Assembly: GCF_009914755.1 (NCBI RefSeq)
Contig: NC_060934.1
Source of the DNA: the human T2T-CHM13v2.0 reference genome, Homo sapiens
Reading direction: 5' to 3' (one strand)
Length of the DNA: 64,000 bases
Below, piece after piece: positions 26,101 through 39,630 of this stretch (its first letter is position 1; the number at the start of each line of letters is the position of its first letter). The position numbers and the translations under genes were made by a program. The notes under the pieces are model-generated. The model did not search any database. It had not been told where the DNA came from and saw only the letters and a program-made list of their open reading frames with translations.

Positions 26101-27330
26101 CCAATCAAAAGAAATGTTTAACCCTGTGAGATGAATGCACATTTCACAAAGCAGTTTCTCCTAAAGCTTCTGTCTAGCTCTTTTTTGAAGATATTTCCTT
26201 TTCCATCATAGGCGTCAATGCATTCTCAAATATCAATTTGCTTATTTGACAAAAAAATGTGTTTCCAAACTGTTCCATCAAAAGAAAGACTTAACTCTTT
26301 GAGATGAATGCACACATCAGAGAGTTGTTTCTCATAACACTTCTTTCCAGTTTTTATCTGAAGATACTTACTTTTTCACCACATGCTTTTTTGGGCATCC
26401 TAATATTGCTCACGGTTTTTGCAAAAACAGTGTTTCCAAACTGTTCACACAAAAGAAAGATTTAAGTCTGTGAGATGAATGCACAGATCAGGAAGCAGTT
26501 TCCCAAAAATCTTCTTCCTAGTTTTTATCTGAAGATATTTCCTTCTCCACTATAGGCATCAGTGCACTCCCAAATATCCCTTTGCAGATTCTACAAAAAT
26601 ATTGTTTCCAAACTGCTCAATCAAAAGAAATGGTTAACTCTGTGACAAGAATGCACACATCACAAATCGGTTTTTCTAGTTTTTATCTGAAGTTATTTCC
26701 TTTTTCACCATAGACCTCATATGCTCCCAAATATCACATCACAGATTCTAAAAAAATAGTGTTTACAAACTGATCAATCAAAAGAAAGGTTTACCTCTGT
26801 GAGATGAATGCACGTTTCATAAAGGAGTTTGTCAAAATGTTTCTTTCTAGTTTTTATCCAAAGATATTTCCTTTTTCACTGTAGGCCTCAATGTGCTCAG
26901 AAATATCCCTTCACAGTTTCTACAGAAACAGTGTTTCCAAACTGCTCAATCAAAAGAAATCTTTACCTCTGTGAGAAGAATGCACATATCACAAACCAGT
27001 TTCTCAAACAACTTCTTTCTAGTTTTTATCTGAAGATATTTCATTTTTCACCACAATCTTCAATGTGCTCCAAAATATCCCTTTGTAGATTCTTCAAAAA
27101 CAGGGTTTCCAACCTGCTCAATAAAAAGAAAGGTTTACCTCTGTGACAAGAATGCACACATCACAAAACAGTTTCTCAAAAAGCTTCTTTATAGTTTTTA
27201 TCCAAAGAAATTTCCTTTTTCACCATAGGCTTCAATTCACTCCCAAATATCCCTTCACAGATTCTACAAAAACAGCATTTCCAAACTGCTCAATCAAAAG
27301 AATCATTAAACTCTGTAAAAGGAATGCACA
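14111..27330 (-). repeat. Alpha satellite layer A, right part
   Basis: The same diagnostics and marker monomer as 1-8946 reappear (~15090, 16448, 16963, 17478, 18165, 18848, 19193, 19707, 21078, 21763, 22263, 23281, 23958, 24292, 25307, 26333). Confidence 0.8.
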
Positions 27331-30300
27331 TATCAAAAAGCAATTGGTCAGAAAATTTCTTTCTAGTTTGAATCTTAAGATATTTCCTTTTTCAGCATAG
27401 GTCTCAATGAGCTCCCAAATATCCCCTTGCAGATTCTAGAAGAACAGATTTTCAAAACTGCTCAATAAAAAAAAGGTTTAGCTCTGTGAGATGAAGGCAC
27501 ACATCACAAAGCAGTTTCTCAGAAACCTGTATAGTTTGTATCAGAAGATATTTCCTTTTTTGCTGTATGTCTCAAGGCAAATCCAAATATCCCTTCGCAG
27601 ATTGTACAAAGATTGTGCCTTCAAACTGCTCAATCACAAGAATGGTTTAAATCTGTGAGACGAATGCACAGATAACACAGCAGTTTCGAAGGAAGATCCT
27701 TTCTAGTTTTTAAGTGAGGATATTTCCTTTTTCACCAAAGGCCTCAAAGCGCTCAAAATATTGCTTTGCAGATCCCAGAAAAACAGTGGATCCAAACTGC
27801 TCAATCAAAAGAATGGTTCAACTCTTAGAGGAATCCACATATCACAAAGAACTTTCTCAGAAAGATTCTTTCTAGTTTTTATGTGCAGATATTTCCTTTT
27901 TCATCATAGGCCTCAAAATGCTCCCAAATATCTGCTTAGAGATTCCACAAAAACAATGGTTCCAAACTGCTCAATCAAAAGAATGGTTCAATTCTGTGAG
28001 TTGAATTCACACATCACAAAGCAGTTACTCAGAAAGCTTCTGTGTAATTTGATTCAGAAGATACTTCATTTTTCACCACCAGCCTCCATGTGCATCCAAA
28101 TATTCCTTCACACATTCTACAAACACTGTGTTTCCAAACTGCTCAATCAAAAGTATGGTTAAACTCTGTGAGATGAATGCACACCTCACAAAGCAGTTTC
28201 TCAGAAACCTTCTGTCTGGTTTGTATGAGAAGATCTTTCCTTTTAGACCACAGGCCTCACTGTGAATCCAAATATCCCTTCGCATATTCTACATTGTGTT
28301 TCCAAACTGGTCAATGAAAAGAAAAGTTTACCTCTGTGACATGAATGCACACATCACAAAGCAGTTTCTCAGAAAGCTTCTGTCTAGTTTGTATCAGAAG
28401 ATATTTCCTTTGTCAACATAAGCCTCAAGGTGAACCCAAATACCCCTTTGCAGATTCTGCAAACACTGTGTTTCCAAATTGTTCACTCAAAAGAATGGTT
28501 TAACTATGTTAGATGAATGTGCACATCACAAAGCAGTTTCTAAGAAAGCTCCTTTCTAATTTTTATGTGAGAATATTTCCTTTTTCACTGTAGGCCTCAA
28601 AGTGCTCACAAATATCCCTTTTCAGATTCCAGAAAAACAGTGGTCCCAAACTGCTCAATCAAAAGCGTGGTTCAACTCTGTTAGACGAATGCACACATCA
28701 CAATGCAGTTTCTCAGAAAGCTTCTTTCTAGTTTTTATGTGAAGGTAAGTCCTTTTTCACCGAAGGCCTCCAAGCGCTCCAAGGGATACCTTTGCAGATT
28801 CTACAAAACAGTGATTCTAAAGTGCTCAATCAAAAGAATGGTTCAACTGCATGAGATGAATGCACACATCAGAAAGCATTTTCTGAGAAAGCTTCTGTCT
28901 AGTTTGTATCGGAAGATATTTCCTTTTTCACCACAGGCCTCCATGCGAATCAAAATATCCCTTCGCAAATTCTACAAACACTGTGTTTCCAAACTGCTCA
29001 ATCAAAAGAATGGTTAAACTCTGTGAGATGAATGCACACATCACAGAGAAATTTCTCAGAAACTTTCTTTCTATTTTGTATCAGAAGATATTTCCTTTTT
29101 TCACCATAGGCTTCAGTGCACCCCTAAATATCCTTTTGCAGATTCTAGAATTACAGAGTTTCCAAAGATCTCAATGAAAACAAGCGTTTTCCTCTGTGAG
29201 ATGAATGCACACGTCACAAAGCAGTTTATCAGAAAGCTTCTGTCTAGTTTATATCAGAAGATATTTCCTTTGTCAACATAGGCATCATGGTGAATCCAAA
29301 TACTCCTTCACAGATTCTGTGAACACTGTTTCCAAACTACTCACTCAACAGAATCATTTAACTCTGTTACATGAATGTGCACATCACAAAGCAGTTTCTA
29401 AGAAAGCTCCTTTCTAGTTTTTCTGTGAGGATACTTCCTTTTTCACTGTAGGTCTCAAAGCACTCAAAAATATCCCTTCTCAGATTCTAGAAAAACAGTG
29501 GTACCAAACTGCTCAATCAAAAGCGTGGTTAAACTCTGTTAGAGGAATGAACACGTCACAAAGCAGTTTCTCAGAAAGCTTCTTTCTAGTTTTTATGTAA
29601 AGATATTTCCTTTTTAACCATAGGCCTCAAAGCTCTCCCAAATATCCCTTTGCAAATTCTGCAAAATGAGTGGTTCCAAACTGCTCAATCAAAAGAATGG
29701 TTCAACTCTGTGAGGTGAATGCACACATCACAAAGCAGTTTCTCAGAAAGTTTCTGTCTAGTTTGTATTGTAAGATATATCCTTTTTCACCACAGGGCTC
29801 CATGTGAATCCAAATATCCCTTCAAACATTCTACAAACACTGTGTTTCCAGACTTCTCCATCAAAAGAATGGTTAAACACTTTGAGATGAATGCAGACAT
29901 CACAAAGCAATTTCTCAAAAACTTTCTTTAGAGTTTGTATCTTAGAACACTTCCTATTTCACCATAGGCCTCAATGCTCTCCTAAATATCCCTTTGCAGA
30001 TTCTAGAAAAACAGTTTCCAAACTGCTCAAAGAAAAGAAACATTTAAACCTGTGAGATGAATGCACACATCACAAAGCAGTTTCTCAGAAAGCTTCTGTC
30101 TAGTTTGTATCGGAAGATATTTCTTTCTTCACCACAGGCCTCCATGCAAATCCATATATCCCTTCACAGATTTTACAAACATTGTGTTTGCAAACTGCTC
30201 AATCAAAAGAATGGTGAAACACTGTGAGATGAATGTACACTTCCCACAGCAATTTCTAAGAGACTTTCTTTCTAGTTTATATCAGAAGATATTTCCTTTT

Positions 30301-32050
30301 TCACTGTAGGCCTCAATGCACTCCCAAATATCCTGTTGAAGATTCTAGAATTACATAGTTTCAAAACTGGTCAATTAAAAGAGACGTTTAAATTTGTGAG
30401 ATGAATGCACACAACAGAAGCAGTTTCTCAGAAAGTTTGTGTCTAGTTAGTATCAGAAGATATTTTCTTTGTCACCATAGGCCTAAAGGCAAATCAAAAT
30501 ATCCCTTTGCAGATTCTACAAACACTGTGTTTCCAAACTGCTCAATCAAAAGAATGGCTTAACTCTGTGAGACAAATGCACACATCACAAAGCAGTTTCT
30601 AAGAAAGCTCCTTTCTAGTTTTTCTGTGAGGATATTTCCTTTTTCACCAAGTGCCTCAAAGAGCTGAAAAATCTCTCTTTGCACACGTAGAAAAACAGTG
30701 GTTCCAAACTACTCAATCAAAAGCATGGTTCAAATCTGTTAGAGGAATGCACACATCACAAAGCAGTTTCTCAGAAAGCTCCCTTCTAGTTTTTATGGGA
30801 ACATATTTCCTTTTTAACCGTAGGCCTCAAAGCACTCCCAAATATCCATTTGCAGATTCTGCAAAAAGAGTGGTTCCAAACTGCTCACTCAAAAGAGTGG
30901 TTCAACTCTGTGAGATGAATGCACACATCACAAAGCAGTTTCTCAGAAAGCTTCTGTCTAGTTTATATAGGAAAATATTTTGTTTTTCACCACAGGGCTT
31001 CATGCGAACCCAAATATTCCTTCGCACATTCTATGAACACTGTGTTTCCAAACTGCTCAACCAGAAGAATGCTTAAGCTCTTTGAGAGGAATGCACACAT
31101 CACAAAGAAATTTATCAGAAACTTTCTTTCTGATTTGTACCTTAAGATACTTCCTTTTTCACAATAGGCCTCAGTGCTCTCCCAAATATCTCTTTGCAGA
31201 TTATAGAAGAACAGAGTTTCCAAACTGTTCAATGAAAATAAACACTAAACACTGTGAGATAAATGCACACATCAAATAGCAGTTTCTCAGAAAGCTTCTG
31301 TCTAGTTTGTATCAGAAGATATTTCCTTTTTTCACCACAGGCCTCCATGTGAATCGAAATATCCCTTTGCAGATTCTACAAACACTGTTTCCAAACTGCT
31401 TAATCAAAAAAATGGTTAAACACTGTGAGATGAATGCACACATCAAAAGGATATTTCTCAGAGACTTTCTTTCTAGTTTGTATCAGAAGATATTTCTTTT
31501 TTCGCAATAGTCCTCATTACTCTCCAAAATATACCTTTGAAGATTCTAGAATTACAGAGTTTCAAAACTGCTCAATGAAAAGATATCTTTAGACCCATGA
31601 GATGAATGCACACATCACAAAGCAGTTGCTCAGAAAGCTTCTGTCTAGCTTTGTATCAGATGATATTCCTTTTATTACCACAGACATCCAGACCATTCCA
31701 AATATCCCTTCGCAGATTCTACAAATGCTGCATTTCCCATCTGCTCAATCAAAAGAATGGGTTAACTTTGTGAGTCGAATGAACACACCACAAAGCATTT
31801 TCTAAGTGAGCTCCTTTTAGTTTTTATCTGAGGATATTTCCTTTTTCAACATAGGCCTCAAAGCACTCACAAACATACCTTTACAGATTCTAGAAAAACA
31901 GTTGTTCCAAACTGCTCAATCAAAAGCGTGGTTCAACTCTGTTCTAGCAATGCACACATCACAAAGCAGTTTTTCAGAATGCTTCTTCCTAGTTTTTAGG
32001 TGAAGATATTTCCTAATTCACCATAGGCCTCAAAGCACTCAAAAATATAC
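27331..32050 (-). repeat. Alpha satellite layer C: degenerate higher-order repeat (5-mer/7-mer units)
   Basis: Diagnostics aaaagaatggtt, tagtttgtatcagaagata, ccacaggcctccatg and acaaacactgtgtttcc. The marker monomer 'gaaagctcctttcta...gtgaggata' lies at ~27693, 28544, 29402, 30603 and 31806, i.e. spacings of 5, 5, 7 and 7 monomers. Confidence 0.8.
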
Positions 32051-33309
32051 CTTTGCAGATTCTACAAGACCAGCTTTTCCAATCTGCTCAATTAAAAGAA
32101 ACGTTTACCTCTGTGAGATGAATGCACACATCACAAGCAGTTTCTCAGAAACCTTCTGTATAGTTTTTATGTGAAGATATTTCTGTTTTCACCATAGGCC
32201 TCAGAACGCTCCCAAATATCTCTTTGCAGATTCTACAAAAAGACTGTTCCCAAACTGCTCAATCAAAAGAAAGGTGCAACTCTGTGAGATGAATGTATGC
32301 ATCACAAAGAAGTTTCTCAGAATCCTTCTGTCTAGTTTTTAATGTGAAGACATTTCCTTTTTCACCACAGGCAGAAAAACGCTCACAAACATCCCTTTGC
32401 AGATTCGACAAGAACAGAGTTTCCAATCTGCTCTATGAAAAGAAACATTTACCTCTGTGAGATGAATGCACACATCACAAAGCAGATTCTCAGAAACCTT
32501 CTGTCTCATTTTTATGTGAAGATATTTCCTTTGTCACCTAAGGTCTCAAAGTGATCACAAATATCCCCTTGCAGATTCTACAAAAAGAATGTTTCCAAAC
32601 TGCTCAATCAAAAGAAAGGTTCTACTCTGTGAGATGAATGCACACATCACAAAGAAGTTTCTCAGAAAGCTTCTGTCTAGTTTTTATGTGAAGACATTTC
32701 CTTTTTCACCATAGGCCTAAATGCGCTCACAAATATCCCTTTGCAGAATCTACAAGAACAGAGTATCCAATGTGTTCAATGAAAAGAAACGTTTACCTCT
32801 GTGAGTTGAATGCACACTTCAAAAAGTGGTTCCTCAGAAGCCTTCTGTCTAGTTTTTATGTGAAGATATTTCTTTTTTCACCAGAGACCTCAAAACTATC
32901 ACAAATATCCCTTTGCAGATTCTACAAAAAAACTGTTTCCAAATTTCTCAATCAAAAGAAAGGTTCTGCTCTGTGAGATGAATGTACACATCACAAAGAA
33001 GTTTCTCAGAAAGCTTCTGTCTAGTTTTTATGTGAAGATATTTCCTTTTTCACCATATGCCTCAAAGGGCTCCAAACTATTGCTTTGCAGATTCTACAGA
33101 AAGACTGTTTCCAAACTGGTCAATCAAAAGAAAGGTTCAACTCTGTGAAATGAATGCACACATCAAGAAGAAGTTTCCCAGAAAGCTTTTTTCTAGTTTT
33201 TATGTGAAGGTATTTCCTTTTCCACCATAGGCCTCAAAGCACTCACAAGTATCCCATCACAGATACTACAAAATGACTTTCCAAACTGCTCAATCAAAAG
33301 AAAGGTTCA

Positions 33310-34075
<766 letters not shown>

Positions 34076-34079
<4 letters not shown>

Positions 34080-34660
34080 AAGATATTTATGCAGCCAAAA
34101 AACACATGAAAAAATGCTCATCATCACTGGCCATCAGAGAAATGCAAATCAAAACCACAATGAGATACCATCTCACAATAGTTAGAATGACAATCATTAA
34201 AAAGTCAGGAAACAACAGGTGCTGGAGAGGATTTGGAGAAATAGGAACACTTTTACACTGTTGGTGGGACTGTAAACTAGTTCAACCATTGTGGAAGCCA
34301 GTGTGGAGATTCCTCAGGGATCTAGAACTAGAAATACCATTTGACCCAGCCATCCCATTACTGGGTATATACCCAAAGGACTATAAATCATGCTGCTATA
34401 AGGACACATGCACACATATGTTTATTGCGGCATTGTTCACAATACCAAAGACTTGGAACCAACCCAAATGTCCAACAATGATAGACTGGATTAAGAAAAT
34501 GTGGCACATATACACCATGGAATACTATGCAGCCATAAAAAATGATGAGTTCATGTCCTTTGTAGGGACATGGATGAAATTGGAAATCATCATTCTCAGT
34601 AAACTATCGCAAGAACAAAAAACCAAACACCACATATTCTCACTCATAGGTGGGAATTGA
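34076..34660 (+). pseudogene. L1 ORF2 C-terminal (cysteine-rich) fragment
   Basis: [33 protein letters not shown]…[18 protein letters not shown]…LIGGN*, open to the natural stop at 34660. The second Cys of the CX3CX7HX4C motif is replaced by Phe. Confidence 0.93.
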
Positions 34661-34715
34661 ACAATGAGATCACATGGACACAGGAAGGGAAATATTACAC
34701 TCTGGGGACTGTTGT

Positions 34716-34737
34716 GGGGTGGGGGGAGGGGGGAGGG
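34716..34737 (+). other. G-quadruplex-forming polypurine tract of the L1 3'UTR
   Basis: ggggtggggggaggggggaggg has four G-runs of 3 or more with 1-nt loops. This is a known L1PA 3'UTR feature. Confidence 0.75.
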
Positions 34738-37700
34738 ATAGCATTGGGAGATATACCTAATGCTAGATGATGAATTAGTGGGTGCAGCGCACCAGCATGA
34801 CACATGTATACATATGTAACTAACCTGCAGAATGTGCACATGTACCCTAAAACTTAAAGTATAATTTAAAAAAAGAAAATAAAATTTCTATCTAGTTTTT
34901 ATGGGAAGATATTTCCTTTTTCAACATTGTCCTGAAAGCACTCACAAATATCCCTTTGCAGATTCTACAAGAACAGAGTTCCCAATCTGCTCAATGAAAA
35001 GAAACGTACACCTTTGAGAGATGAATGCACACATCAGAAACAGATTCTCAGATACCTTCTGTATAGTTTTCATGTGAAGATATTTCCGTTTTCACTGTAG
35101 GCTTCAAAGTGCTCACAAATATATCTTTGGAGATTCTAGAAGGAGATAATTTCCAATCTGCACAATAAAAAGAAAAGTTTACCTCTCTGAGATGAATGCA
35201 CACTTCACAAAGCAGTTTTTCAGAAGCCTTCTGTCTACTTTTTATGTGAAGATATTTCCTTTTTCACCAGAGGTCTCAAAGCGATCACAAATATCCCTTT
35301 GCAGATCCTACAAAAAGACTGTTTCCAAACTGCTCAATCAAAAGAAAGGTTCAAGTCTGTCACATGAATGCACCCATCACAAAGAAGTTTCTCAGAAGGC
35401 TTCTGTCTACTTTTTACGTGAAGCTATTTCGTTTTTGCCATATGCCTCTAAGGGCTCAAAAATATACTTTGCAGATTCTACAAGAAGACTGTTTCCAATC
35501 TGCTCAATCAAAAAAAGGTTCTACTCTGTGAGATGAATGCACACATCACAAAGATGTTTCCAGGAAAGCTTCTATCTAGTTTTTATATGAAGATATTTCC
35601 TTTTTCACCATAGGCCTCACAGGGATCCAACATACACCCTTGCAGATTCTACAAGAAGACTGTTTCCAAACTGCTCAATCAAAAAAAAGTTTCAACTATG
35701 AGAGGTGAATGAACACATGACAACGAATTTTTCCAGAAAGCCTCTGTCTAGTTTTTATGGGAAGATATTGCCTTTTTCACCACAGGCCAAAAAGTGCTCA
35801 CAACTAACACCTTGTATATTCTACAAAAAGACTGTTTCCAAACTGGTCAATCAAAAGAAAAGTTGACCTCTGTGAGATGAATAAACACTTCTCAAAGACG
35901 TTTCTCAGAAGCCTTCTGTCTAGTTTTTATGTCAAGATATTTTCTTTTTCACCATAGGCCTCAAAGCCCAGAGAAATATCCCTTTGCAGATTCTACATAA
36001 AGACTGTTTTCAAACTGCTCAACAAAAAGATAGGTTCAACTCTGTGAGACGAAAACCCACATCACAAAGAAGATTCTCTGAAAGCTTCAATATAGTTTTT
36101 ATATGAAGACACTTTCTTTTCCACCATAGACCGCAAAGCATGCACAAATATCCCTTTGCAGATTCTACAAAAAGACTGTTTCTAAACTGCTGAAACAAAA
36201 GAAAGGTTCAACTCTGTGAGATGGATGCACACATCACAAAGCGGTTTCTAAGAAAACTTTTGTCTAGTTTTTATGTGAAGACTTTTCGTTTTTTACCGTA
36301 AGTCTCAAAACTCTCACAAACATCCCTTTGCAGATTTTACAAGAACAGAATTTCCAGTCTGCTCAATGAAAATAAATGGTTACCTCTGTGAGATGAATGC
36401 ACATATCAAGTTTCTCAGAAACCTCCCTTCTAATTTTTATGTGATGATATATCCTTTTTCACCATAGGCCTCAAAGCACTCAAAAATACCCCATAGCAGA
36501 TACTTCAAGAAGACTATCTCCAAAGTGCTAAATCAAAAGAATATTTCAACTCTTTGAGATGAATGGACACATCACAAAGAAGTTTCTCGGAAATATTCTT
36601 TGTAGTTTTTATGTGAAGATATTTCATTTTTCACCATTGGCCTCAAACTGCTCACAAATATCCCTTTGCAGATTTTACAAAAAGACTGTTTCCAAACTGC
36701 TCAATCAAAAGAAAGGTTCAAATCCGTTAGATGAATACACACATCACAAAGAAGTCTCTCAGAATGCGTCTGTCTGCTTTTTATGTGAAGATATTTCTTT
36801 TTCACCATGGGCCTCAAACCGCTCAGAAATATACCTTTGGAGATTCTATAAAAAGACTGTTTCCAAACTGCTCAATAAAAAGAAAGTTTCAACTCTGTGA
36901 GATGAATGCACAGATCACAAAGAAGTTTCTCAGAAAGCTTCTGCCTAGTTTTTATATGAAAATATTTCCTTTTCCACCATGGGCCTCAAAGCATTCACAA
37001 ATATCCCTTTGCAGGTTCCACAAGAACACAGTTTCCAATCTGCACAGTGAAAAGAAATTTTTACATCTGTGAGATGAATGCCCACTTGACAAAGCAGTTT
37101 TTCAGAAGCCTTCTGTCAACTTTTCATGTGAAGATATTTCCTTTTTCACCAGAGGTCTCAAAGAGATCAGAAATATCCCTTTGCAGATTCCTCAAAAAGA
37201 CTGTTTCCAAACTGCTCAATCTAAAGAAGGGTTCAACTCTGTGAGACGAATGCCACATTACAAATGAGTTTCTCTGAAATATTCTGTCTAGTTTTTATGT
37301 GAAGATATTTTCTTTTTCACCATAGGCCTCAACGTGCTCACAAATATCCCTTTGCAGATTCTACAAGAAGAGAGGTTCCTGTCTGCTCAGTGAAAAGAAA
37401 CATTTATGTCTGTGAGATGAATGCACACTTTCCAAAGTATTTTCTCAGAAGCCTTCTGTCTAGTTTTTATGTGAAGATATTTCCTTTTTCAACAGAGGTC
37501 TCAAATTGATCACAAATATACTTTTGTAGACACAAAAAGACTGTTTCCAAACTGCCCAATTGGAAGAAAGGTTGAACTCTGTGAGATGAATGCACACATC
37601 ACAAAGAAGTTTCTCAGAAAGCTTCTGTCCAATTTTTATGTGAAGATATTTCCTTTTTCACCATGTGCCTCAAAGGGCTCCAAAATATCCCTTTGAAGAC

Positions 37701-38240
37701 TCTAAAAAAAGACTGTTTCTAAACTGCTCAATCAAAAAGAAGTTTCGATTCTGTTAGGTGAATGAACACATCACAAAGAAATTTCCCAGAATGTTTCTGC
37801 CAAGTTTTTATGTGAAGATATTTCCTTTTTCACCAAAGGCCTCAAACCGTTCAGAGATATCCCTTTAGCTGATTCTACAAAAAGAGTTTTTCCAAACTGA
37901 TCAATCAAAAGAAAGATTCAACTGTGTGAGATGAATTCACGCATCACAAAGGAATTTCTCAGAAAGGTTCTGTATAGTATTTACTTGAAGACATTTCCTT
38001 TTTCACCTTAGGCCTTAAGCACCATCAAATATCCCTTTGCATATTCTACAAAAAGATTGTTTCCAATCTGCACAATGAAAAGAAAGGTTCAACTCTCTGA
38101 GATGAATGCAGGCATTACAAAGAAGTTTCCCAGAATGCTTCTGTCTAGTTTTTATGTGAAGATATTTCCTTTTTCACCATAGGCCTCAAAGTGCTCCAAA
38201 TATCCATTTGCAGATTTTACAAAAAGACTGTTTTGAAACT

Positions 38241-39630
38241 GCTCAATCAAAAGAAAGTTTCAACTCTGTGAGATGAAAGCATACATCACAAAGTAGCTTC
38301 TGAGAAATTTTCTGTGTGGTTTTTGTGTGAAAATATTTCCTATTTCACCGTAGGCAATAAAAGGCTCACAAATATCGCTTTGAAGATTCTACAAAAGGAC
38401 TCTTTCCAAACTACTCAATCAAAAGAATGGTTCAACTCTGTGAGATGAATGCACGCATCACAAAGAAGTGTCTCAGAATGCTTCTGTCTAGTTTTTATGT
38501 CAAGATATTTCCTTTTTCACCATAGGCCTCAAAGGCCTCCCAAATATCCCTTTGCAGATTCCACAAAAAGACAGTTTCCAAACTGCTCAATCAAAAGAAA
38601 GGTTCAACTCTGTAAAAAGAATGCACACATCAGAAAGAAGTTTCTCAGAAAGCTTCTGTCTAGTTTTTATATGAAGATATTTCCTTTTTCACCGTATTCC
38701 TCCTCAAACAGCTCAGAAATATCCCTTTGCAGATTCTGTAAAACGACTGTTTCCAAACTGCTCAATCAAGAGAAAGTTTCAGCTCTATGAGTTGAATGCA
38801 CGCATCACAAAGAAGTTTCTCAGAAATCTTCTGCATAGTTTTTATGTGAAGATATTTCTTTTTTCAGCATAAGCCTCAAAGAGCTCCCAAATATCCCTTT
38901 GCACATTCGATGAAAAGACAGTTTCCAACACTGCTCAATCAAAAGAAAGTTTCAACTCTGTGAGATGAAAGCATACATCACAAAGTAGCTTCTGAGAAAT
39001 CTTCTGTGTGGTTTTTGTGTGAAGATATATCCTATCTCACCATAGGCAATAAAAGACTCACAAATATCCCTTTGCAGATTCTACAAAAGGACTCTTTCCA
39101 AACTGCTCAATCAAAAGAATGCTTCAACTCTGTGAGATGAATGCACACATCACAAAGAAGTTTCTCAGAATGCTTCTGTCTAGTTTTTATGTCAAGATAT
39201 TTCCTTTTTCACCGTAGGCCTCAAAGACCTCCCGAATATTCCTTTGCAGCTTCTACAAAAAGATGGTTTCCAAACTGCTCAACCCAAAGAAAGGTTCAAC
39301 TCTGTGAGAAGAATGAAAGAAGTTTCTCAGAAAGCTTCTGTCTAGTTTTTATATGAAGATATTTCCTTTTTCACCATATTCCTCCTCAAACAGCTCAGAA
39401 ATATCCCTTTGCAGATTCTATAAAATGACTGTTTCCAAACTGCTCAATCAAGAGAAAGTTTCAGCTCTATGAGATGAATGCATGCATCACAAAGAAGTTT
39501 CTCAGAAATCATCTGCCTAGTTTTTATGTGAAGATATTTCCTTCTTCAGTATAGGCCACAAAGAGCTCTCAAATATCCCTTTGCACATTCTACGAAAAGA
39601 CAGTTTCCAAAACTGCTCAATCAAAAGAAA
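38241..39630. repeat. Tandem duplication of a 4-monomer unit (~690 bp x2)
   Basis: The rare variants gatgaaagcatac, gtagcttctgagaaat, ggcaataaa, atgtcaagat, tattcctcctcaaacagctcag and aatcaagagaaagtttcagctctatgag each recur ~690 bp later (copies start at 38241 and 38933). Confidence 0.9.
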
